Below are positions 48,878-63,500 of a stretch of DNA of 64,000 bases, piece after piece. The notes below the pieces were generated by a model. The model did no database searches and had not been told where the DNA came from. It saw only the letters and a list, made by a program, of their open reading frames with translations. The first letter of the stretch is position 1. Each line of letters starts with the position of its first letter. This DNA is from Antedon mediterranea (taxonomy: Eukaryota > Animalia > Echinodermata): positions 22,090,871-22,154,870 of the forward strand of contig NC_092676.1 of assembly GCF_964355755.1 (NCBI RefSeq). The letters are read 5' to 3'. Position numbers and translations under genes: made by a program.

Positions 48878-51800
48878 TCAGTCATTTTCAACTTTTTCTG
48901 TCTCGGCATTATTGCTTGTATCATTTTCCTGTTTCTGAAATGTGAGTTATACAATTTCCCTATTAGGTAAGATCATCAAACAAAATCTAAAACGATAAAC
49001 CGTTTACAACAGAAATCAGACTGTGATATATTCAAATGGGATGTTTTGTTATAGGAAAACCCCGAACCCAAAAATGTGTAAATGTGTAACTAGGCCTACT
49101 TTAAATAACATAATGTGGCTTAATACTGGGGCTTTACGGTGTTGCGTTTAGATTTCATAGTAAAAGTAATGGAAATACGGTAAAGCGATTGTTCGAAATG
49201 GTATCAATCTCTTCGACTACGTTATATCTTCCAAGGACAATGTTGTATCTCGTAAGTTTCGTATAATGTGGCCATATAATATATGAAATATAACCTTTTA
49301 TTTCAATGAAATATAACATTTGACATCCACTTGGGAATGAGATTAGTCCATGAGAAAAAAATATCATTCCCCGAGCGTCTCAAATGTCATCTCTAAGCAG
49401 GCAATATTCGTAAAAATTTAACTCCTTTCATACCTCCTCTGAACTATTTTTCATCATGACTTTTACGTCGTCAAGAGCGTCTTTTACAGCTTCTAAACTT
49501 TCTAATACACCACCAAGCACACCTACAAGGGACTAAAACATAAAACATGTATATATAAATATATTACTTTGAAATTTGCTCTTTTAACTCGTTTAAATTT
49601 AAATATAAGTGATTGCGCTCTAGAGGCCTATGAAATCTAAGGTCCACAATAATAGAGGTCCATTCAACTCTGTCTACACTATCAAAATAATGTGACAAAT
49701 GATGATGAAATCATCGTGTAATATGGGCACATCACATTTTTTGTCACATCAAGTTTGATAGTGCTTAAGGTTTTCATGAAAAGGCTTTCATTTAATGAAA
49801 TTTATATTAAAATGTGGTTATTTTTGTTTTAAGAATTTGCTTCTTGAATTTTCCAATTTTCTTTGTTTAAATCAGTTATTTTATTTTGTTGTCATATTGA
49901 AATTTTTATCGCTCAAAGAAAATTTTAAAAAGTTGTCATTGTCATTGTCAAAACAATTAATGGTTCAATACCTGTTTTAAACATGCTTCAAAAAGTTCGT
50001 TACGGTACTGAAATAAAAGAAAATAAAATAGATATATTTGATTTTTTTTTTAAATTGCACAATTTGAAACAAATGATGATTTTGTTTATATACTTTATAA
50101 ATGACACCTATACATTCGAGTTGCTGTTATGTCCAGTACAAGCATTAAATAGTAAAAAGATGCCTGATTATTCATAGGATGATCCATCAAAGGCAAACGC
50201 TATTATAAATAAAGTTTATCTAACTAACTAGTTTATCATTATGTTATTGTACAATGTTGTTATATTGTGGAAATAAATAGAAATGGAAATACATGGATGC
50301 TATTGTGTTTTATTACATACATTAACGTAATTATAATTAGTGACAAAATATTTGACAATTTCACTAAAAGCGCTGTGATTGATCATTATCATTGTTAAAG
50401 CAAATAAGGTAAACATTGCAACACTAAAATTATCACATATCAATGTAACTCACAAGTCAATATACTTTACAAGCAATAAAGCTTGGTTCCCACTAGAACG
50501 TAACGCAAGGACGTAAACGCAACGTAAGCGTTTTAACCAATGACAAGCGAAGTTATTATATAGACAGTTAGCAATCACAAGCGAATAAGCCATCGCTTGT
50601 GATTGGACAATTCACTTGCGTTGCGTTACGTCCTTGTGTTGCGTCGCTAGTGGGAACCACGCTTTACGTACAGTAAAGTGATCTTTCAGATATTGTACAC
50701 TATCCTAACCCCTCCTGGTATCCAAATCACATTGTATGAGATATTTAGGCCCTTATTATATGTTCATGTTTATTGATTGATTCTCATTATGCCGCAACTC
50801 AAAGACGTATTCTTAACGCAAGTAAATATGACCAATGACAAGCGATCGATCATTGAAACTGTCTCTTGTCATTGGTCAACTCGCTTGCGTTGCGCCTACG
50901 TATTAGTAGGAACGAAACTTAAGTTACTTAACGTTAAGATATCTCATGTTCTTTTTAATTTGGTGGGAGTTGTGGGAGGATCGGTTGAGGTAGTAAATAT
51001 TAATCTAGCTACTGTACATTAAAAAAATACATTGCAATAGAAAGTAGCACATCATGTTAAGTTCAACATTTTATTTCACCTCCCACCACCAAAATGCATA
51101 TCTTCCACTGCTTAATATAACTTCTACATAACTATGTTGTGTTTGAATATTCTTTTATCTCACAATGAATGCCTAACGAATGATATATGCCTACTATTAT
51201 TTCAGTTTGCGTGTTCAAAAGAATAATCATATTCTAATTAATTAATTAAATTAGCTTCACAAATGTATTTTAAATATTTCAAGGTAGTTTACACGGTACG
51301 GAAACTGTTTCGAACTTGGCTGAAATAATCCAAATTCAATAAATGTTCAAGCATGATAATTTAAAAATGTTTAGGCTTTTAGTGAGTATTAGCAATAAAA
51401 GTGTACAAAATATAATTAGCCTACTGTTTCTAACACCGATTTATCTGCTGGCGCTGTGTGTTTTTTTTTTCTCCTATTTAGGCTATAGCTTAAGCTGTGG
51501 TGACACCAGTGGCGTCCTGCAAGCGAAAGGCCTATGCATTACTGTAGCCTATATATTGAGTAGACGCCTTATCAAAGTTAAGCATTATATTATACTGTAC
51601 CTCATGACCAGGCTCAGATAGTAGTAGCGTAGACACTACGTTTTTTAGTTTAGTATTAGCAGATAATGGCTAAACGTTCGAGTAAAGAGTAGTAAAATAG
51701 ACGAGTTAATGAGTTAAAATTTGTATTCATAAATTGTTTTTAATGATATCTCGCATGATCCTGGAAAATTACCTTTTATGTTACTTCATAATTGAGAGAA

Positions 51801-53093
51801 AACGTAGGCCACTCCAAAATTACTAAACAATAATAGGCCTACCGGTAAATTCATCGGGCGTTCATAAAACCACCTTTGGATGAATGGAATTTAAGAGATA
51901 TTTTTGGCAGCAGAAACACTTCTCTGGTTAATCCTCAACCTTTCAACATACCACTTCTGCCTTACTTACATTCAGTTTTTTTGGAAAGGATAAACGATGA
52001 TTATGAATGACAATATGAGAGCACATTAACAGTTTATCTTAGCAGCATTTGAAATCATTTGAAAAAACAGTAATAACAATACGTATTGTTATACTTACCC
52101 TTCTCTTTATCTGAAAAAATGAAATGAATAAAGAATATTAAGAAAAAATCACATTTGCCATTCCATGCGTATGGGGTAATTACCTGAGTTGTTTAACGGG
52201 TTAAACTACATTTTAAAATAGTCCTGGGCGGGTAACTTTCCTGTTTATATTGCATAGACACATTATAATTATTTGTTTTAATTCTTTCTCCTTACCTCTG
52301 ACTCTTGAATAAACAGGGGTAAGGCTTGTATTGTGTCTCCAAACGTTGATTGATGTAGCATGCGATTCCGGTAAGCTGTTGGTATTCTACCAGCTATAGA
52401 TGTAGATGACGCTGGAGGGATAGGAGGAACCTATAGAGAAATGACTGAGTTAAGCTTATAGTTCTACTACAAGTCTTTTAAATAAGTGTAATGACAAACA
52501 TTATGTGACAAAAAATATGATGTACCCATTTTTTGGACATGATGATGTCATATCACTACCATTATTTTGGCATATCACTGCCATATTTGGGTACATCACA
52601 GGTTTTTAGTCTAACAGTGTAGACAGAGCTAAAGAAAACTGGTTGATTTGGATAAATATTCTTTTTATTAAAGGCCAAAATACTCCAAATGTGTTCTTCA
52701 ATTTAGAAGGTGGACCTAGGCTTTCTAATAACTATAAATTGTGTTGAAAATGTTAGGAAAATGAAAGTATTCAAAATAGCACCTACTTTAGCTTTATCAT
52801 TGTTTGAACATGACTATAATTCAATTTATTTTGTTTCAGTTAAAAAGCAGGAGGAACAAGCCAGTTTAACCATGGAGGTATAACCTCCATGGTTTAACCA
52901 GCGAAGAGTTAAATTTAACTCTTCCCTGGTTGAACCATTCTATGCATTGTGCTATTTGAATAAATAACATAAATTTATTATGCATATAAAGGAAATTATT
53001 ACCTACTAGCTTTATTATTTATTTAATTACTTGTGTGATAAAGGAAATTGAATAACACTTTCTACTTACCTTCCTTATTACTTTAAGTCCCAT
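48878..53093 (-). CDS. Orphan gene C, about 108 aa (exons 53093-53070, 52430-52296, 52110-52099, 49532-49434, 48934-48878)
   Basis: All phase-0 GT-AG exons: MGLKVIRK|VPPIPPASS...FIQESE|IKRR|SLVGVLGGVLESLEAVKDALDDVKVMMKNSSEE|KQENDTSNNAETEKVEND*. Confidence 0.65.
50480..50663. mobile_element. Harbinger-like MITE, family 2
   Basis: TIR AGCTTGGTTCCCACTAG, flanked by TAA/TTA; a degenerate copy lies at about 50800-50920. Confidence 0.75.
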
Positions 53094-54094
53094 TTTAAGA
53101 CTCCCGTAATATTCACCGTTCTCTGACCAGCAGTGAAGGGTTACCTAGTGATTGTCTTTGTTAATAATACATGCATATAAACAAATTTCTACCGGTCGAT
53201 CTGCTGCTTCATTGTGTTTATTCTTCAACACAAACGTGTTTCCTTGCTCACATCAATATTAATAACTTCGAATTTTTAAGTATTGAATCAGTCACGAAAT
53301 ATAATTATATTTGTTTAGTGTGCAGTAAGAATTGATGTATAGTCAATAGGATTAAATTCAGTATTGTTTACATGTGAATATTGACAGGCTAATTCAATAG
53401 TATGAGTCTAATGACCGTGATAAGTGTCTTTATAAACGTTTATAAACCTTATGAAATGTTGGGGTATGTCTGAAATTGATTAGACCTACTTGAAACACGC
53501 AACTCTAAAACAAAATAAGTAGGCCTACAGTTTACAAAATCCCAAAAATGTTTCCACCCTGGATTATCTATTTCATTTTACAATTTTTTTAAATAAAATG
53601 CTTGGATCCACTGCTTCCAGGTTAGAGACACGTACGGTTCTGACAGCAACCTTCGTCCGCTATAGGCCTACATTGTGTGTGTCCTGACACTTTAGGCCTA
53701 ATAGTGCCTCTTAGCGCTTCACAAGCGGTTGGGATTAATTGTCCTAATTGTTTTTATAGTGAGGGAGATTACTTTAGACGGTTATGTGTAAGAAGTTAGC
53801 TGTAGTGCTATGAGTTATGGATGAGCATGTTAACAGGTAGTGCGAATGCTCTACCTTTATGCAAATCGACTGAAAATTTTGTAATCACCTCCGTCGTCAT
53901 CATCGAATAATTTAATTTTCAGTGATAAGAAAAATACTCAATCATAACACGTTTATAGGTATTGGATAGATTTTAATCACATTGAGCTATAACATATCAC
54001 AGAAAAGACGATTGAAAATATCAAACTTATACAAAATATAATATACGATAGTTAAAATTGTACCACTCTCAAAGTGGAGTATCACAGACTTAGA

Positions 54095-56786
54095 TTATCT
54101 TGTTGATTGAGCACTTAGTTTTCTCGACGCTTGTGAAGTAACAGATGATGCCCTAGATTTCACCCTGGATCTTAATCTGTTGGACCGACTGCTGCCTGGC
54201 GGTTCCTGAGGTGGAGATGGGGCAGTTGTGTTTCTACCGGAATTCACTTGCTGCTCTTTTCCATCGTCTGACTGGGCTATAGTCTCAGTCGTTGCTACAT
54301 CACCCGGGTCATCGGTGTCTGGTGTTTTGGGTTTAATATCGGGTGTTAGCGGTTTATCGTCAGATTTATTTGTATCATCTTCTGTAGTTCCGTCTGGTTT
54401 CGTTGGCTGTTCATTCTGTTTTCCAGAACCGGTTTCTTCCATTTTTAGATTTTTGTCCGACATTTGTTTATTCTCATTTTTTTCTTTAATTGGTGTCCCA
54501 GGTTTACTTTCTGTTGACACTGAATTTTTCTCTAGTACATTTTCTGTATTTGTATTGGGTGTTGTCGGCTTTTCATTTTCAATTGTATCCTCCCTAGCAG
54601 GAGACATCTTATCTTCTTCAGTGTCTTCTAAACTTTTTGTCTCTTCAGTGTTGTCTGGCTTCGTTTCATCTTGTGCATTATTACTATATGGTGTTGATGG
54701 CTTGCTATTCACATGGTCGTTATTTTCTTGGTCTTCTTTTGTCTGTGATTCCGAGGGCGTTGGTTTATCGTCTGATTCGCCAGGTTCAGTGTCTAGTTGA
54801 TCGCTAACCACTGCTGTTATTTTCTTATCTCCGTTATCCATCGGTATGTTTTCCATCTGTTTAGCTTCTGATGCAATTGCATTCTAATGAAGAAAGTAAC
54901 AGTATCATGGTAGTTTTTATAATAACATGTTATGTCTGTAGTATTTTTATAGGATTATCGTATTATTTATCAGAGGCCGATCTAGGGGTACCGATGGGGT
55001 CTCTGCTGCGTAAGAGTAAGCTAGAGATACCAGATAAAGCTGCATAATACTTATTCACAGTAGGCCTACTTGTTTATGGTTTACAGTAGATGGTCATTTC
55101 AACGTGAATATTGTTTATATTTTCATGGCACTAACTCTAACAAGTGCGTGGATTTTTTATGTTAACAAATAATAACAAAATAGAGCGAGAATTGATTTAT
55201 TAGTACATCAATGGTGACATATCCAGGATTTTGAGGTACTCTGTGCTGATATTAACCTAATTTTAAATATTTTTTCTTTAATCTTGAGATTTTTTTATGC
55301 TAGAAGTGTAGGCCTAATTGATACCTTGTTCACGTTCTCAGAGGTAGGTCTATCTGTTCTCTTCATGAGATGTTGTAGTTCATTCAAAGACTCTTGCACT
55401 GCTTGTAGTTGCTGTAATACCGTCACAAAATGATCTTTCATGGACTGTAGTAGACAAAATAATGTAACATATAATAGATACAGGTACATATACAGATGAT
55501 CTTAGACTGAGTTATTGGTTTAAATCCTATCTACTGCAAGGTCAGTTCTCAACTTCTCCTAAAGTGCGGTATGTTTAAGTATACGGTTTTGATATGTTTT
55601 TTCTCTGAACGGATTTACACCTATTTGGACAGTTTCAATTCGCTACCGTTATAACCACCATTACTAATAATACTATCACCGTTATGCAGTAGATAAGTGA
55701 TAGATTACTGTTTCTATTTACTCAAAGTCCTCATGAGAAACAAACTCCATAACTTACACCAGCTAGTTTCTACATTATGATTACTCTTTAGATCATTCAT
55801 ATAATGTAGAATAAGTAAATTGTTATGCATTAATTACTTCTTGTATACCTATTCATGCATGAAGTATATACTTATTAATATTTTTTTAATTAGGCTACCT
55901 ATCTTACTTACCGATTTAACGACGGTTGAGAAGAACTCGTATGTTCGCTCATCTGGTGGTAATTTCAGAGTATTTTTCTTTTTGTTATCTTCCTATCAAT
56001 CAAGATATACATAACACCATCAGACAAGTAAAATACAAGTATTGTAAACAAATCTGAAGCCTAGAATTCATTAATAATAAAACATATACACATTTTTACA
56101 AAGAATAAAAATAATATTATACCCTAAATTTAATTGTATTTATGAAATATTATACATTATTCACCTTAAACACTTCGGTGCGAATCGAAGAAAATCCGTA
56201 ATAGCAGCAGCTAATATAAACTATACTTATACAAAATAAAATATGTGAAATAACTTTCATTAAGAATAAATACCGGTTCTTTGTCTTTTTCTTTGTTTTC
56301 TTTTACTTGTTCTTCCTTCTCTTTAATTTGATTTTTCTTTTCCTTTTCTGCACCGTCTTTGTCCCCCTTTTCTACCACATCTTTGTCACCCTTTTCTACC
56401 ACATCTTTGTCACCATTTTCTGCCACATTTGTATCTCCTTTTTCCATCACATCTTGTTCGTATTTTTCTACCACATCTGTATCACCTTTTTCTGTCACAT
56501 CTTTATCACTCTTTTCAACCACATGTTCGTCATTATTCTTTTCTTCTGCAACTTTCTCTTCCTTTACAGACTTTTCTTCATCAGTCTTTTCTGAAATTTC
56601 CTCTTTATTACTGTCAGTTACATTTTCGTTGGTACTCTCTGATATACCTTCTGCTTTCTCATTACCAACATCTCCTTGCACTGGTTCTATTGTGGTAGTT
56701 TCTTCTTTATTCTTATTTCCTTCTTCTTTGGAATTCGCTTCCTCCACTTCTCTAGCATTTTCCGGCTCTGAATTATTCGTAGACAT
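54095..56786 (-). CDS. Orphan gene B, about 500 aa, acidic and disordered with a central coiled coil (exons 56786-56274, 55992-55912, 55444-55325, 54883-54095)
   Basis: Two long E/K/D/T/P-rich ORFs joined in frame by two phase-0 exons with good splice sites. Confidence 0.7.
56350..56525 (-). repeat. Coding 24-bp repeat (VVEKGDKD-like, about 7 copies)
   Basis: Visible in both the DNA and the translation of gene B exon 1. Confidence 0.8.
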
Positions 56787-57617
56787 ATTTTTGATAAACA
56801 AAACTCACCTCGTAGCCATTTTATAAATTTCAGTAATTCATTTCAAAATGATAGGAATAAATTCATTCATTTCAGAAGCCGGTATTCTATATATGTCGAC
56901 AATAAATTCTTACGCATATTCTATATTCATACACATATTAATTTGTCATTACTTATAAACTTGCAAAAGCTCGCCACCTACCGGCCGACAACAAACGCAT
57001 TCGTATTTGGCTAATAATATTATTTCAATCGAAAACGCCCCCTGTAAACAGTGCAGCGTAAGCATCGTATTTATATTGTACCTTTTTTTACTATTTGTTA
57101 ATCTAAATGCTATGTCTATTTTTATACATAGAATTAGAATAATTATTACGCACTAAATGTAAAATTCACCATTATAAAAGCAGTTAACCAACTTTCAATT
57201 GTTACAAAAATAATAATTGGATGATTTAAAAACCATCTGTAGAATTCTTTCTTATCGATCGGTTATTAACAGTAGTATAATGGTAGCCTTTTCAGATCAA
57301 TCCAAAGTATTGAATTTATTGACATTACAAGAAATTACCAACGACAAAACTCAACAATAAGCGTCAGAAAATTATTAATAACAATACTAATGTAAATAAA
57401 TATCAATATATTTTGGATTATGGTGTTGAAATTAGTGTTTGTATCGGAAGCGTCATGACAACCGTACTATCCAACATTACTCATCGATCTTTCCTCATCA
57501 TTATACACAATTCTATAAGATTGTAGTAATTATCAGTTTTCCTGTCTCTATATAAAAGCAATCCCTTAAACTAGTTATACTCTATAGGCAAATAATGATA
57601 TACATTTTTTTAGTTAA

Positions 57618-57955
57618 AGATATATTGTCCCCCTGAAAAAAAAAAATCTTAAAAATGTTTTTGTTGAATATGCCATTTTAATGTAACATAATAGTTATAC
57701 ACTTTGACAAAAAATTGGATTAAAAAAAATGTATTTTACCTGGAAAAAATGCAATTTAAAGCAAAAAATTGTCAAATTGGCTGCCAGCCAATGGGTTTTT
57801 GGTTGAATTTGTCATTTTATAAGTGAAAACATTATTTTTTTTCCATTTTTTTTCTTCTTTGGAAGTGAGTAACTTTATTAAAACTACAAAATAACATATT
57901 CAAAGTCTGATTTAATTAATCTTCATTTTTTATGTTTTTGGGGGACAATACATCT
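57618..57955. mobile_element. Kolobok-like MITE
   Basis: TIR AGAT(A/G)TATTGTCCCC with TTAA TSD. Confidence 0.8.
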
Positions 57956-58564
57956 TTAAATGTGCCTTTGAAATATGAAGTTTTGACTTATGCATTATGT
58001 TTAATAATAGACAGGTCTTATGTTGAATCTCTGGAGCTTGGCCTTTATTGGAAAAAATGAAGATTTAAATTAGAATTAACAGTAGTGTTAGTATTGATGA
58101 TGTTACCAAAGCTCGCCTCGATGAATGCAGCAACTGATGATGGATGCTTTGACTACACTACATTCTCTCCTTCCCTGCCTGCCCATGTTAAGAATTACAT
58201 ACAAATATTACAGGGGGCTTCTTCTCTTTGAAATGTAATCAGTTTTTTCTGTGTGTAAAATATTTCGCTCGGCCTACATAATTTTTCCATCAATGGCATG
58301 AGAACATATTTCTTTGGTTATAGGAATCTACTAAGTTCGTATTTCGTTTCATTTCATTCAATGTGGATACAGTTTAGTGGAATAATAGCGAAAACTGTTC
58401 CCAACTGAAAGCTACGGGGTTATCATACAGGTGGTGATTATTGTTTTTGATTTTGATAAAAATGACACAACATGTCCACGTGACTTTTGACATTCACATA
58501 TAGTTGAATGTCGTATTACGGCTCTGATATATGCACACTCGTTATACCATTCTATAATTGCAAT

Positions 58565-59910
58565 ATTCATTCATTCATTCAATCTTTTATTTCGCAAACT
58601 CTGGTCCATAGAAAGTAAATTACATATAAATGAAATAAATAAAATAAACAAAATTACTACTACTCATCTCAGGATGGCATTCCATCTGGAGAGCATCTTC
58701 GACTTAACTAAGACATTGCTTATAATCGTTGAGATTAAAATATTTTTGCTTGCATTAAGTCTACACATCAGGCCATATATTGATATTCTTAACAATTCAT
58801 AAAAAGAGGGAATTCTACATTCCGTAAACATGAGGCTGGCACTGCAATGTCGAGGCCTTTGAAACAACATTCTTAAACCATTATTGTAGCATACCTGGAG
58901 AGATCGCAAGGTACCTTGATTATAGTTGCACCATAATGTAGCACAATACATATTTACACAATATGTTCTAAATAAAACACATTTCACATTGATAGAACAC
59001 ATACTAAATTTTCTGACCAAGGAGTTGGCTCGGATACACAAAGATCTGTATTGCCGCTTTATATCAAACTCATCACATAAATCCAAGGATATAACATGAC
59101 CAAGATATGTGGTTGAGTCCACATATTCTAAGCTTTTGCCATTAATGGTAATAATAGGTTTCAATTGAATCCTCCGTGACTTAGGACAGATTATCATACA
59201 AGATGATTTCTTAGCATTGTAAACAATATCATTTTTGGCCGCAAAGCATTCAGAAATTTTAATTAGATGTTGCCACCCTGATGCAGAAGGTGATATAAGC
59301 ACCATATCATCTGCATACGATAGGTTGTTAAATTTAATATAATTTAACTCACACCCTTCTTTGCTGTTGCTAAGCTTAATGATAAGATCATTTATATATA
59401 TATTATACAGATGGGGAGACATTACTCCTTCCTGTCTAACACCATTTGATGGAAGGGCTCCGAAAAGGATTTGCCCCATTTAACAATGAAACACTGCTGA
59501 ATATTATACCAAGCTTTTAGTACTCTAACAATTGGACATGGAGTATCATTAATAATTAATTTCTTTAAAAGTGTCCAATGGTTCACCCTATCAAAGGCTT
59601 TAGAAGCATCGAGGTAGCATACATAGACAGGGCTACCATTACGATAGTAGTAATCAGCTATTTGTTTAAAAACAAAAATACAAGTTTCTGTACCATGGTT
59701 AGATTTAAAGGCAAATTGTCTGTCATCAGAAGTTATAGTATCACCAGATAATTCGATAAGAACATGTTCTAAAACCTTAGATATTACACAGGCTAGGGCA
59801 ATCAGTCTATAATTATCCTTGCTTGTAATGTCACCTGACTTAGATTTTACGATAGGTACAAGAATGACATCAGTCATACCTCTTGGGACCGTACCGTATT
59901 TTAAACAAAG
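58565..59910 (-). mobile_element. 5'-truncated LINE (RTE-X-like) with a frameshifted reverse transcriptase
   Basis: YLDASKAFDRVNH, GVRQEGVMSP and YADD motifs; 3' tail AATAAAAGAT(TGAA)n. Confidence 0.9.
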
Positions 59911-60503
59911 GTTAAAACAACAACAACAACAACAATATAACGACAAGGAACATATTATAAACATTGTATACATTTATTTCCATTTTTATAATTGATATAA
60001 ATGACTATTTTCAAATGACACCCGTGTTATAGAACGTATACTTACTTTGCATTAAATAAACGTTAGGCTTGAAAACCAATTAAACAACTTTAAATTATTT
60101 ATTGGAAGTCTGCATACGTAGGTTAATATAAATTATGAATATAACAATAACCTTTTTATCAGTTTCAATTAGAAATACTATTTAGGATTGGTTTTTATGA
60201 AATCACATGTACGCCTTAGTAAGAATGTTAAAATGACATGACAGGTTTTACTTGGACATAGTTATATTCAAGCGCGCGATATCACATTGCATTACTCCCT
60301 CACGGATCTAAATGTTTTAAGTGGGTTGTATTTAACGAAACGAAATCCTGATATAATATTTAAAAATAACCAATACAATATACTAGTAAAAATATATAAA
60401 TTCCATTATGGTAAAATACAAATTAGTTTGCATATTGCATCTGTTAATAAGCAAAACGTGTAGTCAAAGTCATTTCACAATTAATATTCTATCGTCGTTC
60501 GTA

Positions 60504-63500
60504 TTATTTTATTGCGAATATCGTGGTGCTATGCGCCAGCTCGTCGTCACTAAGTTCTACAATGTTTGATTTTTCATCAGATGTTGGGAAATTTCCATAC
60601 AGTGCGTGGAACGTAGATGACTGTAGCATTCTTTCCGAATAACCACTTCTTGGAGATTTGCTTAAAATGGAGAGAAAGTAAAACAAGATTGATTTGTGAA
60701 CATTTCAATATTATATTAATATATATATTAAGATACAGTAGAGCTCTTACGAAAATACCTTTTCTGTTCTAAAGTTATTAATATTATAATGGTATTATCT
60801 TTATGTACATTCTTCAAAAAAAATCGTCATTGCTTGCTCATTTCAGTCCATTGGTTTAATATTCTTTATTCCAAAAATCATTTGATTTATTTACAGAATT
60901 ATAGATTTGTATTCGTTCAATTTCTGGTAGATCTAAATTATTTAGTATTATTAGAAAGTCTTTTGTGCCTGCAAAAAACTAAGGCAGACCAACCTTTTAT
61001 TTATATCTGAATCATTCCACGTGCCGTGAATTGCACTTGCAAATCTTGACGAATGAAATGCCCACTCCATCTATATTGATAACAAAAAAATAATGTGAGT
61101 ATGATTTCTCGAGATTGTATATGTAAACAGTACGGTAGAACAGAAACCGAAAAGAACCGATCACACTTATTCCCTGAATGTAAGACGGCGCCAGGTTTTT
61201 AAATACTGTAAAATCATTAAACTATTTTGAAAAAAAAAACGTGTGATGTGCCCAAATATGGTAGTGATATGCCCAAATATGGTAGTCCAACGGAACAAGT
61301 GTGAATTGCTATTGGATTTTGTTACGGTTTTAATAACTCTCAACTTACATGTCTTCTGCTTGTCTTCATCACTACCATATCTCGGACTTCTTCCAGAGAT
61401 ACTTTTAGTTTGTCTAATTCGTCAACAATGTACTTTATAATATCTTGTGCGTCCTATTTCAATGTACAGCAATGCAGTATAAAATAAAAAGATATATATT
61501 GAGTGAAATTTATATCTGATATAATTACCTTTTTAAGGCTGGTAATAGATTTGTAAGAAAATTTTCTTTAATTAGAATTAGTAAATGTAGAATTTCTTCA
61601 TTTATTTTGAGTTTCTTTCTGGCTGTTTTAAGATGTATTGTCCCCCAAAAACATAAAAAATGAAGATTAATTAAATCAGACTTTGAATAGGTTATTTTGT
61701 AGTTTTAATCAAGTGAATTACTTCCGTAGAAAAAAAACCGGAAAAAATAATGTTTTCACTTATAAAATAACATGAAAAATGGTTAAATTCAACCAACAAT
61801 CCATTGGCTGACAGCCAATTTGACCATTTTTTTCTTTAAAATCCAGTTTCTTCAGGTAAATAAAAATTTGTTCGATCCAATTTTTGGTCGAGGTCAATAA
61901 CTATTATGTGACATTAAAATGGCATATTCAACAACAAAAATTGAAAGAAAAATATTTTTCAGGGGGACAATACATCTTTATAGTTATTACTAATTTTACA
62001 AACGTGTATCTTCATCGAGATATAGTCCACCGATACACCTACGTACCTACACAGTAAATTGCCTTTGGATTTATTTTGAGTAAGCTATTTTTGTTTGTTT
62101 TTACTTTGTTTCCAATTATTTTTTCTAAAGATTTTACTCACGACTATAATGAAAAAAAAAACAATAATATGCTGAGTATGTATTTGTTGTGAATAATATC
62201 TACTCTACTGCCTTACTAACTATAACGACTAAAACACCATATTGTCCTACTTTTGCATTCTATTGTGATTATTTATACCACGAACTCGAACATTACAAGC
62301 TTACAATTGTTTCCAGAATGCTGAACTGCATTTATTTTTATATGTTTTTCTCATTAACTTGATATTTGTGTGGGTAATTGCAAACTCGATCTATTGCTCA
62401 GTGAGTACAGAACTGATGGGTTTCTTTTATTTTCAATAAGTCGACTATATTCAGGAATAATTAAAATTTCATTATTGCTAGACAATAAAGTTAATTATCA
62501 AATATACACTTAAATCGTTAGCATGGAAAGAAATTGTGCCTTATGGACTTCAAATAAAAAGCAGTCTAACTTAACGATTCACTAGACAGAGAGGATCGAG
62601 GCAAGCACATAAAAAAAATGATTTGAATGTTATGTATAGAACTAAAGCTCTGTCTCCACTATCAAACTTTATGTGACAAAAATGTGGTGTGTCCATATAT
62701 GGATATCAATACCATTCTGGTAAAAGTTTTTATTCAATGTGTTTTCATTAAAAAAACAAATAAGATATTTTTAATCTTTCTATTGTGGCATGGTAATGTT
62801 TTTATATTTTTATATAATTGCATTTGTTAAAATTGTTTTTTTATCTTTTATGCTTTATTTATATGTTATGAATAAATTTGTATTCCATTGTAAATCACAC
62901 TTATATCATACTATATTTCTTTATCATTATTATTATTATTATTATTATTGTTATTATTATTATTATTGTGTACTTATTGCTGTATTTATTGCATAGAGAA
63001 GGAGAATAAACTGAATAAATACATTTGACCAAATGAATTATGATTTTGTCACCGTAATAACCTTTCCCAACTTCCTTGACGTGCAATTCAAATTATTTAT
63101 TTTTTTATCAACGAACATCAGAAGATGCAATACATTTTCAAGTTCTTTACAGATTCTTTACAGATGAACATAAAATTATAAATATAATTATTTTTCACCT
63201 TTTCAATATGATTTCCCATCATTGATATGCGGTAGTCCTGCATCTCGTAACTGCTTTCTGGTGTATCATCTCTCTATTGAAAAAACAAATATGCAAGATA
63301 TAATAATACTAAAGATAAATAGCAAAAAAAAATACCCAATATTGAGTCTTATCCGCGTATCTCATCAGTGGCAAAATATTCAACTCATAAAACCATCAAG
63401 ATTTCCATTTCATTTTTTATTAATATCTTTTATCAAGTCTGGCCAGTGTATCTTTTATATACATATCCGTAATTCATTCATACCTTATAAACAGTTATAA

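Noticed and set aside
54228-56826. Plus-strand Ser/Phe-rich ORFs (54228-54800, 56307-56826)
   Set aside because: Antisense shadows of the E/K-rich gene B exons.
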